A stretch of DNA of 64,000 bases. Source: Podarcis muralis. Taxonomy: Eukaryota. This document shows positions 10,655 to 23,216 of this stretch, in pieces (within the stretch, counting starts at the first letter, position 1; each line of letters begins with the position of its first letter). The stretch covers positions 10,478,001 to 10,542,000 of the forward strand of contig NC_135667.1 of NCBI RefSeq assembly GCF_964188315.1, written 5' to 3'. The translations under genes and the position numbers were made by a program. The notes beneath the pieces are model-generated. The model was not told the DNA's origin. It searched no databases and worked only from the letters and a program-made list of their open reading frames with translations.

Positions 10655-12966
10655 CTCTGTAATGTAAAAATCATGGGCATCGTCAGTAAGTAAGGGGTGA
10701 AGAACAGAACTAGCAGCAACAACATGCAGAACAAAAGTTATGAGTCATGAGCTAATCAGGCCCTCAATGAAATTTCTTAGAGGAGATCTAGACCGTACAC
10801 TTCAAGAACATCCAATGCACAGTTATATCACATGACTTTCCCCCAAAGAATCCTGGGAACTGTAGTTTGTTAAGGGTACTGGGAACTGTAGCTCTGTGAG
10901 GGAGAAACCATAGGACTGGGTGGGGTACTCACATGTTTTAAATGTGCATTGGAGATCCTCTGAATATATGGTGTGGATCTACCCTTAATGTTGGTTTCCT
11001 TCTTGTATGAGGATTGCTAATGTATTGCTCTGTATAGCACAGCATACTTTAATACCACATAGCATAGCAGGTAAAAGTCCTTTGGGTGAGAAGGGGCTGA
11101 AAAAGGTGCCCCTTCTCCACCACACACTATATGTGATCTTAAAAGCAACACCGGGCCCCTGTTTCACATTGGCTTGAGCGGGAATACACTAAAGCAATTT
11201 GTTGCAGGTGCCACTTGAGGGAAGATATTGTGGCTGTGTTGCTCAGGGATGAGACAAAGGCATTCTGGACATACGTCAAGCCTCTCCTCTTCTGTATATT
11301 TCTTTTTTTCCCCCAAGGGTCTCAAAGTGTTTTATCGGTATTAACATTACAATAAATTCAGCAAGTTAGGTCACTCATCTGAGGACTCATCTGAGGACAC
11401 ACAGAAAGATCATATATGAGCTGACCAAGGGTCTCCTGACTTATACTCGTAACCACCACACTAATATGCAAATCTTTTTGGTTCAAGATTTTGTTCATGG
11501 GAATGCTTCAGAATCCAAATAAATAATGAACACAGATATATTAAAGGGTGCAATTTTACTGTACAGGGGCATGCTAAGCACCCTGGTTATCCATCTTAAT
11601 TCAGTAAAGAACAGTGATCAAGATGTTCAGGTGAATGTCCTGTCCACTAGGAACCAGTTACCTACTAGTCTGTTCATTAGAATGCTTCCAAATTAGTGCA
11701 CAAACAGCTTTATCTCCCCTTTCAGAAATTTTTCTACAGAGTGCTAAGATGTTTTGTGATGCCATTCAAGTGAGTATAGAATTGCAGCCTAACTTAGATC
11801 ATTCTGTGTTTGAGAAATGATGGTAAGCATCAATAACTCTTGATCTCAGCCCTTTATTCTAGCACAAACATATCTCAACCACAGACTTTGCCTCTAAAGC
11901 AAAGAAGAACTACAAAACAGCTAGGGAGTTAAGAGGAGAGCTTTCAACTTGGTCTAATAAATAATTGGAAGACACCTTATCTCAAAGTGTCTGCTGGCCA
12001 TCTGCTCTTGGTGGAGAGAGAAGAAGCCTCTCCAAAGATGGAATCTGTTCAGAAGATAAGTCCAACTCTTCTTAAGTTGAGAATCCTCTTTTGCTACTGT
12101 TGCATTCAGCTGTGGTATTCCTGACATCCTTTTCATGGTCTTCGTTATGTCAGCTCTAACCCTACCTTCAGACCCAGAAGTCTGCAGACCCCCAGGTCTC
12201 TTGTTCTGCAGACCTTACTCAAAGAGTATGGTTGCTCCCTTTCATCACAGGGTGAAACTCTTTTTTTTTCTATACATGTTCTCCCCTGCCTGTATTTCCC
12301 CCCTCTCCCTCTTTCTTGTCTTTCCTCCATCCACTCTTCCCTTATAGAGTTTCCTCTCCTATCTCATCTTGTACAGTTTCCATTCCTGCCAGTCTTTTCA
12401 CCCCTTTCTCACTTTCTGGCTCCCTTTCCATCCTATCATTCTTCCTCTTTTCTGCTCTTCATTGTCCTCACCGAAGCAGCACTGTTTCCCCTTGAAGCTC
12501 GCTCCTTTTCTCTCTACCTCCTCCATCTTCTTCCCGTGTCCCTCTTTCTTCACCTTTTCTACTGCCGCAGTCTCTTTGTCTCTTCTGCGTTCCTCCTCTT
12601 CTGTGTCACTCTCCTCCCTGCCTCTTCCTCCTTATCCGCATCCGCAGCATGACTTGGCTCAGGCACTCTCACATGCTGACAATTTAAGAGTTGCTGAATG
12701 CTCTCTGGTTCCTCCCAACATGAGGTACTTGCACCCACTAGGATTCCCTCAGAATGGTTTGTGGCTATGGCCCCATGTGGTGCCTCTCTCTGTCTCCCTC
12801 AACCCCAAATGTATTTATATTCCTTAAAGCCCTATCACACCAGAAACACAGTGACAAACAAAAATGCCATCTCCAAGCAAACTCCTTTGAGATGTTACTA
12901 TTTCAAGTAAATTGAAGTGTCTAAGACCCCAGTGATCATATCCCTATGGCTCTTTGATTGCTTATA

Positions 12967-13184
12967 CAGTGGTACCTCGGGTTACAGACACTTCAGGTTA
13001 CAGACTCAGCTAACCCAGAAATAGTACCTTGGGTTAAGAACTTTGCTTCAGGATGAGAACAGAAATTGTGTGGCAGCAGCAGGAGGAGGCCCCATTAGCT
13101 AAAGTGGTACCTCAGGTTAAGAACATTTTCAGGTTAAGAACGGACCTCCAGAACGAATTAAGTTCTTAACCCGAGGTACCACTG
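12967..13184. mobile_element. Tc1/mariner-type MITE
   Basis: TIR CAGTGGTACCTCGGGTT / AACCCGAGGTACCACTG with TA TSD. Confidence 0.85.
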
Positions 13185-13226
13185 TATAAGAAACAGCTCT
13201 TAATAGTTCAAGTATATTGCATAACA

Positions 13227-13480
13227 CAGGGGTCAGCAAACTTTTTCAGCAGGGTGGCCGGTCCACTGTCCCTCAGACCTTGTGGGGGGCCGGACTATAT
13301 TTTTTTGGGGGGTGGAATTAACAAATTCCTATGCCCCACAAATAACCCAGAAATGCATTTTAAATAAAAGGACACATTCTACTCATGTAAAAACACGCCA
13401 ATTTCTGGACCGTCCGTGGGCCAGATTGAGGAGGCGATTGGGCCAGATCCGGCCCCCGAGCCTTTGTTTGCTTACCCATG
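13227..13480. mobile_element. hAT-type MITE
   Basis: Ends CAGGGGTCAGCAAAC / GTTTGCTTACCCATG; degenerate 8-bp TSD; same family as 22573 and 53027. Confidence 0.8.
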
Positions 13481-13617
13481 GTGTAACACCTCATTATCAT
13501 CATCATTGCAGTCCTTTCAGGATTGACAATGACAGCTTTCACATATATCCTTTTTTTTAAAAAAAAAAGAGTATTATGAAAATGCAAACATACAAAAAAA
13601 AAGGAAAATAATAATCA

Positions 13618-14288
13618 TAACATAGAATCATAGAATTGTAGAGCTGGAAGGAACCCCGAGGGTCATCTAGTCCAACCCCCTGCAATGCAAGAATCTCACC
13701 TAAAGCATCCATGAGAGATGACCATCCAACCTCTGCTTAAAAGCCTACAAGGAAGGAGAGTCCACAACCACCCGAGGGAGACTCTTCTACTATTGAACAG
13801 CTTTTGCTGTCAGAACCTCCTTTCTTGTAACTTGAAGCCTTTGGTTCAGGTCCTAGCCTCCAGAGCATGAGAAATCAAGCTTGATCCATCTTCCATGTGA
13901 GAGCCCTTGAGATATTTGAAGATGGCTGTCATATCCCTTCTCAGTCTCCTCTTCTCTGGGCCAACTCCCTCAAAGGTTCCTCATAAGGCTTGGTTTCCAG
14001 ATCCATGATCATCTTGGTTGCCCTCCTCTGCACTTGTTACAGTAGGGTTCCTCAACCTCGGCCCTACAGGTGTTTTTGGCCTACAACTCCCACGATCCCT
14101 AGCTAGCAGGACCAGTGATCAGGGATGATGGGAATTGTAGCCTCAAAACATCTGGAGGGCTGAGGTTGAGGAAGCCTGTGTTACAGCTTCTCAACATCCT
14201 TCTTAAATTGTGGTACCCAGAACTGGACACAGTATTCCAGGTGTGGTCTGACCAAGGCAGAATAGAGTGGTATTATTACTCCCCTTGA
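13618..14288 (-). mobile_element. CR1 LINE 3' fragment interrupted by a MITE
   Basis: (CATAGAAT)n on the plus strand is the CR1 (ATTCTATG)n tail. MITE at 14043-14178 has a perfect 8-bp TSD TGTTACAG. Confidence 0.8.
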
Positions 14289-14960
14289 AGTAAATGATTG
14301 TACTTTTGTTTTAATAGGATTTTATATTATGACTATGAAATACAAATGCTTTGAATAACAAATACAAATAAGCAATAAAATGGGATCAAGTCAGCATACA
14401 AAAGCAAGGCAGGGCATTTAAAATTATATGCATTGGAAATAGTTACACCCAGGATTAACTCAGATTTCTCAAGATGGCAAAGTGAGTCTGAAACATAAGA
14501 AATAAATCCCACCAAACAAGAGAACGGAAAAAACACAGCAGAAGGTAGGCATTAAAATAATATAAAATGAACACCTGCAGCAGAGACTTTTTCATCAAGC
14601 TGGAAAAACTATCTTAGTTGTTTTATGGTACATTGATAAAGCACCTTGTGAGACATACACGAAAGGTCATTCAGAAATTAATAAATGGAGACTAAAACAA
14701 GAATAATGAAATTTTGCATAGACGACATTTGCCCAAATTCACCTCCTCTCTTATGTAAATAATTTCATTTGGTTCATATGTAGTTTGGGAGGAGATGTCC
14801 TGGACTCCCAATTGGTATGGTATATTTTAACTGAAAAATATCCCTAGTGGTTAGACACTGACGTCCAGAGATTATTTGACCATTTTCCCCTACCATCATT
14901 GCTTCTGCTAAAGACAAATGTTGGGTCCAACTAAAATCAGGCTGTGTCTCAGTTCTGAAG

Positions 14961-14965
<5 letters not shown>

Positions 14966-15008
<43 letters not shown>
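14966..15008. repeat. (GA)n microsatellite
   Basis: Direct reading. Confidence 0.95.
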
Positions 15009-15011
<3 letters not shown>

Positions 15012-15711
15012 TACTCCTTTGTGTTCCTCATGTTTCCAAATTTGTCTCCGCAGATATCTTCTTATCGCTAGACAACATGTTTGTGTCCCCCAGAACAGCA
15101 GTGAACAGCAGTGTATAATGCCACGAAACATATCAGCACATTAAAACCAGTGGGAAGTATTCTTCTCAAGAAAAATAGGCTATAGTTGCAAGACTGCTTA
15201 GCTTTCTCAGGATTGAGTTCTTTGGTCACATGGAGTTCAATGCGGACTAGTCTAGGGTTCAAGCTAGTCTTGGATATCACACTGAGTTCAACAGAAGCTT
15301 ACATAAAAGTGACTAACTTAATCTGGTTCCAACTGCAGAGACATCCAGAAGCCTTCACTTGAGGAATCAAGTTTGGGGTAGCAGTATTCAAGCATTCGAA
15401 AGAATGGGGGCTCCAGTGAATTCACTGGCAGTGCACCAGTGCAACTGTCTAATCCATCCTAGAGCAGTTTGGTTCCTTCTAGACTACAGCTCCCATCATC
15501 CATAGGCAGCTTGGCCAAGGGTGATGGGACCTGCTGTGCAAAGCCATCTAGAGGGCACCAGGTTGACAAAGGCTGTTCTAACAGCACCATTACTATATTA
15601 AGAATGATAGGGGAAAGAAGAAATCTCCAAGATTCTTGACCACCATACCATGTGCTGCAGAAAGCAATATACTAGTGATACATTCATGATTACATTTGAA
15701 GAGGTCACTGA

Positions 15712-15759
<48 letters not shown>

Positions 15760-15771
15760 ATTATTATTATT
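15712..15771. repeat. (TTA)n microsatellite
   Basis: Direct reading. Confidence 0.95.
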
Positions 15772-15904
15772 AAAAATTGTATACCTCCCTACATTTGCAG
15801 GTCTCGTGGTTCACAACATAAAATCACATCAGAAAAACACAAAATGCATAATAAAAACAAGAACAAGAACAAGAAGAACCCAATAATCCCACACACACAT
15901 TTTA

Positions 15905-16192
15905 TTTTTTTATTTTTCAAAAAAAAATATTAATTTTCCACATTTATAACAAAAATAACAATTAACTCCTTCAATTTACTATCTTCCTCTCTTTTCTTAT
16001 TGGCTTAAATCCATATTACTATACAACGTTCTTATTCTAATCCTAGGCCTATCAGATACTTTCAGGTATCTTCTAATTATCTTATATTACAATATTTAAC
16101 TAAATAGTCTTTAAATTTCTTCCAATCTTCTTGGTGCTCCTCTTCTTTCTGATCGTGGATTCTCCCAGTCAGTTCTGCCAGCTCCATAAATT
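15905..16192 (-). mobile_element. 5'-truncated L1 fragment inserted in an L2 tail
   Basis: 16-bp TSD CCACACACACATTTTA (15889-15904, 16193-16208); minus-strand end of ORF2 resembles the L1 at 37043. Confidence 0.8.
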
Positions 16193-16208
16193 CCACACAC
16201 ACATTTTA

Positions 16209-16609
16209 AAAGGGCATTGGATGTCAGTCAGTCAATGGCCTGATTAAAGAGGAACGTTTTTGCCTGGTGTCTAAAGGTGTATAATGAAGGCACCAGGCGA
16301 ACCTTCCTGGGGAGAGCATTCCACAAACTGAGAGCCACTGCAGAAAAGGCCCGTTGATGTGGATCCACCCTCCGGATCTCTCACGGAGGAAGCACACTAA
16401 GAAGGGCCTCACAAGATGATCTCAGGGTCCAGGTAGGTTCATATGGAGAGAGGCGATCCTTGAGGTATTGCAGTCCTAAGACATTTAAGGCTTTGTAGGT
16501 CTAAACCAACACTTTAGTATATGTGCTGTCAGAGCGAGCACCAAAACCAACACTTTGAATTGGGCCCAGGAACTAATTGGTAGCCAGTGCAGCCCAACCA
16601 GGATAGGTG
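16209..16609 (-). mobile_element. L2-clade LINE 3' fragment
   Basis: Homologous to 40555-41322 and 41967-42850. Confidence 0.75.
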
Positions 16610-16611
16610 TA

Positions 16612-17226
16612 CAGTGGTACCTTGGTTCTCAAATGCCAAAAACCCAGAAGTAAGTGTTCCAGTTTTCAAACATTTTTTGGAAGCTGAACGTTGAGTTCAG
16701 CTGTCGGCTATTGTTTCCAGAGCACTTGCACCAATCAGAAGCTGCACCTTGGTTTTTGAACATTTCAGAAGTCAAACAGACTTCCAGAATAGATTGAGTT
16801 TGGTGCTTTTGTTTTTGCTATTTATTTTGTGTTTTTATTTCTGAGGCTTTTTCAGTTAATTTGTTTTTGTGACTATGTGGAACCCAGTCCAGCTACTGAT
16901 TGATTGATTGAATGTGTGACTGTGGAAATGGATAAAAGCCCCCCCATCTAAACAATGACTATCATCTTTGCAGGTAAAAAAAAATTTTTTTTTTAATTTT
17001 TATCATCTACAATACTGTCTTATTTATTTTATAGTACAGTACATTAATTATTGCTTTCATTTTATGGATCAATGGTGTCGTTAGAGAGTAAAATTCATGT
17101 TAAATTGCTGTTTTAGGGGTTGTTTTTAAATTACTTTCTATGGGAAAGAGCGCTTTGATTTTGGAACACGTTGGTTTTGGAACAGACTTCCGGAACAGAT
17201 TAAGTTTGAGAACCAATTTACCACTG
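16612..17226. mobile_element. Tc1/mariner (Tigger-like) non-autonomous DNA transposon
   Basis: TIR CAGTGGTACCTTGGTTCTCAAA / TTTGAGAACCAATTTACCACTG with TA TSD. Confidence 0.8.
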
Positions 17227-17302
17227 TAATATGCTCAAATATGCTCAATAAAAGGCCAAAATGTTTATTCCAAGCATGCACCCTTTAGGAACATGATGTT
17301 CC

Positions 17303-18254
17303 TTAATGTGCCATCAACTGTGGGACTGTCTGCCTCCCCATTAGTTTCTTCAGGGCTGCTTTCACATCCTTATTGCGCAGAGTGTAGATGACTGGGTTGA
17401 GCATGGGTGTGACAACATTGCCAAAGATCTGCACCGGGGTGACCAGGACCCCACTCAGAGACGGCTGGGTGTAAATCAAGGCACAGGGTCCAAAGAAAAA
17501 GGTAACCACCAGAAGATGGGAGGCACATGTGGAGGCCGCTTTGCGCCTCCCCTCCCCAGAATTCATCCGTGCGATGGAGTAAATGATGCGGACATAAGAC
17601 AAGAGGATGAGGAAGAAGCAGGTCACACCCACAATGCCAATATTGTTGAAGCCCACAGCTTCGATGGTGGTAGTATCTGCACAGGCCAACTTGACGACTG
17701 GGAAAACATCACAGAAGAAATAATCTATTACATTAGGGCCACAGTAAGGCAATGTGAACGTGAGGCTGGTGAGAACGATGCCCTGAACAGAACTGGCGAG
17801 CCATGTACCTGCCGCCAAGATGACGCACACCTTCCAGTTCATAATGACCATGTACCGCAGTGGGTAACAGATGGCAATGTAGCGATCATAAGCCATGACG
17901 GTATACAGCAGGCACTCAGAACATCCCATAAAATGGTAGAAGAAGACCTGGGACATGCACCCCCCTAGGGAGATTGTCCTGCTTTGTCCCCAAAGGATAG
18001 ATAACATTTTGGGAGTGGCGACGGAAGAGAAACCAATGTCTAGGATGGCCAGGTTGCAGAGGAAAAAGTACATAGGGGTGTGGAGATGAAAGTCGAGGAG
18101 GACGGCCGACATAATGGTCAGATTTCCCAGCAAAGTGCAGAGATAGAAAGCCGAGAAGACAGCGAAGAGGATGGTCTGGAGGCCTTCGGTGTTGGGGATC
18201 CCGAGGAGAATGAAATGGGTCACTACCGTGTGGTTCTTCTGGTCGGACCCATCC
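17303..18254 (-). CDS. Olfactory receptor, OR10D-like, main coding exon without an in-frame ATG at its 5' end
   Basis: Full OR motif set; frame opens after ctgtag| as G GAT GGG TCC GAC CAG AAG AAC CAC ACG. Confidence 0.9.
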
Positions 18255-19201
18255 CTACAGCAGCAGAAAAATAAGAACGTTCATGTTGTTTCTCCTCTCG
18301 TGCTCTGAATTGTGATAGGAACATGGGAAGCAGCCTTAAACCACATCAGGCTATCTGGCGCAATATGGTCTACACTGACTAGCAGTGTCACATACCTTCC
18401 AACCTTTGTCCAATGAAAATAGGGACGTCCCATTCCATAATGATAATTTTACTGTTTATACCCTACACACCTTACTGGGTTGCACCAGCCACTCTGGGCA
18501 GCTTCCAACATATATAAAAGCATAATAAAACATTAAACATTTTTTTAAAAAAAAACTTCCCTATACAGTATTGCCTTCAGATGGCTCAAGGGTCCAATAA
18601 CTCCATACCCTCCAACATTTATAGAGACTTCCTAAGGAAAAGCTGGACATTCCAGGATTAAATCCAAAACTCGGATGGCTACTGTAAATCAGGAATGTCC
18701 CTGGAAAATAGGGACACTAGGAGGGTCTGCTGTCATGCCAGGACAACTTTAATCCACTTTAACTGCAGAAACCTAAATTTCCTGTTATGCCCTCCTACAA
18801 AATCCAGGCAGTCAGCAGCCACCTGTCTCTGAACCCTAAGGTTTCATTAAACTATTGTAGCTAATACCCACTGGTGCCCTGCCACTCCCTTCATTTTTAC
18901 ACTACCACTTCAAAGCCACCTAATCCTGCAACCATTGGCACTTCTTGAGCAGCAAATCCCATAGTTGTTTTATGCATTTATGTGAAGAAATAAACCAATG
19001 TTTACCGTGCAACACTGGTGACGTGGAAAACCAATTCAGGTGCCAGAGAAATTTGGATGCAAAATGAAGCCAATTCCCCATAACTCCTTCACCTTCATTG
19101 TGATGCCACCAGCTATTCTCACATCAGCCACAACAATTTGGTTGTGGAAGAATGCCATCTCTCACAGGTCTATTCACACACACATCTGCCTTTTGACTTA
19201 C

Positions 19202-19233
19202 CTACAGGATGCATTCAGTTTTCCAGAGCACAT
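19202..19233 (-). CDS. Candidate upstream coding exon of the OR at 17303-18254 (MCSGKLNASC-R)
   Basis: ATG at 19233, 32 nt, donor AG|GTAAGT; its phase 2 matches the acceptor at 18254. Confidence 0.45.
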
Positions 19234-19565
19234 AATCAATTAGTGCAGAAGAAATTAATGTTCTAATTCAAACTCATGCACAACTAATGGGAGAATGAAT
19301 TTTAGAGACATTACTCATGAACACCATACATAGTGCCACACTGTTCCTTAACTCCAGTGGCTTCACTGCTTTTATGCCATCCACTTTTGCCCATCCTGGT
19401 GTCTCAACCAGGTTTGTTTGTTGTTTAATAGTTTGACAACCATAAGGGACTTGATCCCTGATGGCTCACCAGTTCCCCAAGCCTGAAACCTCCAAGGAGA
19501 TAGCAAACGAAGTGCAATGGTTTCATCATTTCAGACATTACCTTATGCAAGATGCATATGTTTCC

Positions 19566-19985
19566 CAGTACATTTCCGAGCACAATTCAAAGTGTTGGTG
19601 CTGACCTTTAAAGCCCTAACTGTCATCGGCCCAGTATACCTGAAAGAGCATCTCCACCCCCATTGTTCTGCCCAGACACTGAGGTCCAGCTCTGAGGGCC
19701 TTCTGGCAGTTCCCTCACTGCAAGAAGTGAGGTTACAGGGAACGAGGCAGAGGGCCTTCTTAGTAGTGGCGCCCACCCTGTGGAATGCCCTCCCTTCAGA
19801 TGTCAAAGAAATAAACAACTATCTGACGTTTAGAAGACATCTGAAGGCAGCCCTGTTTAGGGAAGTTTTTAATGACTGATGTTTTAATGTATTTTTAATT
19901 TTTTGTTGGAAGCTGCGCAGAGTGGCTGGGGAAACCCAGCCAGATAGGCAGGGTATTAAAAAAAAATTATGGTGATGGTGATGAT
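19566..19985 (+). mobile_element. L2-clade LINE 3' fragment
   Basis: Encodes FKVLVLTFKAL...LWNALP...LFREVFN, followed by a simple-repeat tail. Confidence 0.8.
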
Positions 19986-20019
19986 GATTACAAGATGGGA
20001 AAACATCACAGAAGAAATA

Positions 20020-20888
20020 CCACTTCTGGGGGTTCGTGACCAGGACTCATGAACAGAGGTGAGGGATTGGCGGAGGAGGCTGAAGAGAGTGAGCTTGTGT
20101 CTTTTGGTTTAAGGCTGGTTGGTTGTCTGAGCTGTTTGGAGATTTGATTGTGAGTTTGTTTGTGGGTGTGGCTGTGTGCTCTACCAGAGCACAGGGTCTG
20201 AGGGGGAGGGGCTACGGCTGAGAGGAAGGCAGGCTGAATGAAGAAGTGAGTTGGGGGAGGAGTTAGCAGCCAGCAGCTGTTCTACTTAGCTGTAAAATCA
20301 GGCAGACACTCTTTACACCCCTTAATCTGTATGTCTCCTAAAAAAATAGAAAATCCCATCTGGCAGCTATCATTGCAGGGCAGGAGTCCTTGCACATTGT
20401 AATGATATACGCTTTAGAACGGAACTGCGTTACGGGTGGATTTTTGCAAAATCGGTAAAACGTTCCGCCAAAAAGCTCAACAACTTTGACCTAAACAAAA
20501 AACAACTCTACAATTTTGTCCAGATTTTCACAATGGACTGATAATTAGATGAAAATACGGAAGTTATAATATGTTGAGATATAGAATTAAGATAAAAACA
20601 AAGAGGGAAAGGATTTGCTGAATTAACCATGTGAACTGGAATACAAAAAAGGGAGGTGTGAGGAGGTCAAGAAATAAGTAAATGAAATATAAGATATGAA
20701 AATACTGACTTGTTTTTAAATTGTTTTTTCACTTTTTATGTATTTTGTATTTTTTTGTTGCATTTTTGTACTTTTTATTCTTTTTATTTTTACTTTTCCT
20801 TGTTAATTTGTTATTGGCTTCTTTTTAATTTTGTAATTCCTTTTTGTTTGAAAACTCTTAATAAATATCATTTTTTTTAAAAAAAAAC
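20020..20888 (+). mobile_element. L1-like element (recognisable 3' UTR and poly-A end; 5' part uncertain)
   Basis: T-rich 3' UTR, AATAAA near 20860 and an A-tail; similar to the other L1 3' UTRs here. Confidence 0.5.
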
Positions 20889-20968
20889 AGATTTTCACTT
20901 TCAGGAAAACTAAGAGCATCAGCATTGAGGCCCAACATGATGTGATGTTGGGAGAGGGTATGTCTACC

Positions 20969-21006
<38 letters not shown>

Positions 21007-21869
21007 GCAGACACACGATGCTGGATTGGGATCACATTACTTTGGAGTGAAAGTTAACCCTTTCTCTCATGTTTAATTTTTTTTTTAAATCTCTCCCTAA
21101 ATTTATTTTCATTCTGCGAAGCAAAACGTACAGGTATTGTAAGTGTAAATAACAGATTCAGTTGGGCTAGTGTGAATCAGGAAAACAGGCATGATCCCAG
21201 TCTGAATCAGGGCCCCTCACAACTGCAATTTATATAAGTAATAAATTAAAAGGCAACTTTCTCAAACTTTTAAAAAACTTTTAGAAACAGATCCTGATCA
21301 TTGATCTCTTGAAACATCTACTTTGACTCCGAATAATTATATTAATAGAACAGTAAAGCATACGGATGGGTGAACTTGTAATTTTTTTTTGTTAATCTCC
21401 ATTTCTCATCTTTGCAGATTTAAGTTCATTTCTCCACGTTTCCACATCAGCTTGCAATTTCTTTTTTTAAAAAAAAAAAACTCACGAAAACTCGTCATAT
21501 TAGGGGCAAATTCCTCGTAATATATGAACTTTTATACATGATTGTTCTTAACACACACATTTTTGTATACATTTTTGTTAACATTCATTTTATGGTCACT
21601 TTACCTTGCTGTATATGTTTTGGTACACATTACAGTATTTGCAGTGCAAAATTCAGTGCAAATTTTGAAGGATTTGTTTCAGTTCATGTATCATTTCAGG
21701 AAGTGAGATCTAGGTAGGTCCACCTTTAAATGTGAACTGAATCAAATGTTTCACCCCAGTGAACGAGGTGATGCTGAAGACACCTCTCACATGCCTCTAA
21801 TGTTTCTGATACAAATAAACTGGCATGCAATCGTCATCTTCGGAATTTCACTTGTAGGACTTGTAGGAA

Positions 21870-22100
21870 TTCCACTTGTCAAATGGAAGAAAGTGGACAA
21901 AGACTTATTCTCAACAGTGCCAGAGAGAAGAACAAACTTTAATGGGCTCAAGTTACAAGATGATCAATTCCACATGAACCTCAGGAGAAATTTGTTTATG
22001 GCAATGGAGCCAGTTAACTACAGGCGTGGTAAGCTCTGCGCTGCTAGAGGTCTTCAAAGAGAAGCTGGGCAGCCATCTTTGTGATGCTGGATTTATTTTA
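21870..22100 (+). mobile_element. CR1 LINE 3' fragment
   Basis: Encodes the CR1 ORF2 end (RTNFNGLKLQ..FHMNLRRN). Confidence 0.7.
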
Positions 22101-22572
22101 TTAAGCAGGATGCTGGGGTAAATGGTCTACAAGGCTTCCACCAAACTCCATGACTCTGTGCCCTGATTCAAGCCATTAGTAATGGCAATGGTGCATGTTG
22201 TATACATGTGTAATAAGCTACACTTGCCATCCTTCTTTTGCTTGAGGCAAGATGGTTGTCCAACTGAATCACTGCATGAGACGTTCTCAGGCAAACAAGG
22301 CTGAATTCTCCAGTGCACCTTCCTCAATCCCCGATTGCAACGGCAAGAGAAGCCCACTTGAAATGCGTGAGTGGACGCTCACAGGTCAAGCATCAGGGAT
22401 GGAGGCTTCCTACAGCCTCCACATCCCCTCAAAATACTTGACTGTGCAGCCAGTTCACTGCTTAGCTGCAGGTCAACGAAGAATGTTGGGCACTTACACA
22501 TGTACATCAGTTACACACATTTGTCCTGTTGGGGAAAACCATGTGCTTGAGATGGTTTGGATATGACTACAG

Positions 22573-22824
22573 CATGGGTAGGCAAAGTAAGGCCCAGGGG
22601 CCGGATCCGGCCCAATTGCCTTCTAAATCTGGCCTGCAGACGGTCCTGGCATCAGCTTGTTTTTACATGAGTAGAATGTGTGCTTTTATTTAAAATGCAT
22701 CTCTGGATTATTTGTGGGGCATAGGAATTCATTCATTATTTTTTTCAAAATATAGTCTGCCCCCCCCCCCAAGGTCTAAGGGACAGTGGACCGGCCCCTT
22801 GCTGAAAAAGTTTGCTGACCCCTG
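22573..22824. mobile_element. hAT-type MITE
   Basis: Perfect 8-bp TSD GACTACAG; TIRs CATGGGTAGGCAAA / TTTGCTGACCCCTG. Confidence 0.88.
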
Positions 22825-23216
22825 GACTACAGTCTTCTACTTAATCATTTCTCCAAGCCATTTTTGGAATACATCATACTGACTATTATTATCATTGTTC
22901 TCATTGTTATCATAAGAATAATCTTCATCAACATTGTGGTCATTGTCCAAAGGTCCATCTAATCTAGCATTGTGTTCTCACATTGACCAAGCAGATGCCT
23001 ATGGGAAGCCTGCTAGCAGGGCAGGAGCTAAACAGCACCCTACTTATGATTTCAGAGACATACTAGTAGCCACTGGTAACTTTATCTCACAAGAATTTTT
23101 CCAAAACCCTTTGAAAGCCATCAAAGTTAGTGGCCATGACTATATCTTGAAAGTGTAAGATGCAACCAGAAACAGAACTTAGAAAGATCTGTCTGAGCAT
23201 ACACATGGGAGAGGAA

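Noticed and set aside
10790-10975. Recurrent CCCCAAAGAATCCTGGGAACTGTAG blocks (also ~36740, 38340, 51570, 55410) as a possible locus-specific motif
   Set aside because: They behave as a dispersed, decayed repeat family with no fixed relation to the genes.
15541-15560. CTCF-like motifs at ~15545 and ~59437
   Set aside because: The first lies in a common palindromic repeat; the second is a weaker match with no supporting context.
17516-17968. Antisense or alternate-frame ORFs over OR genes (also 23676-24062, 46166-46711, 54161-54634, 60952-61392) and over Gypsy pol
   Set aside because: Shadows of GC-rich codon usage on the real coding strand; no recognisable domains.
19863-19875. AAGTTTTTAATGA, one mismatch from the recalled OR enhancer 13-mer AACTTTTTAATGA
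   Set aside because: It lies at the end of an L2 ORF, and the same AAGTTTTTAAT context occurs in another L2 copy (minus strand near 42120), so it is repeat-derived.
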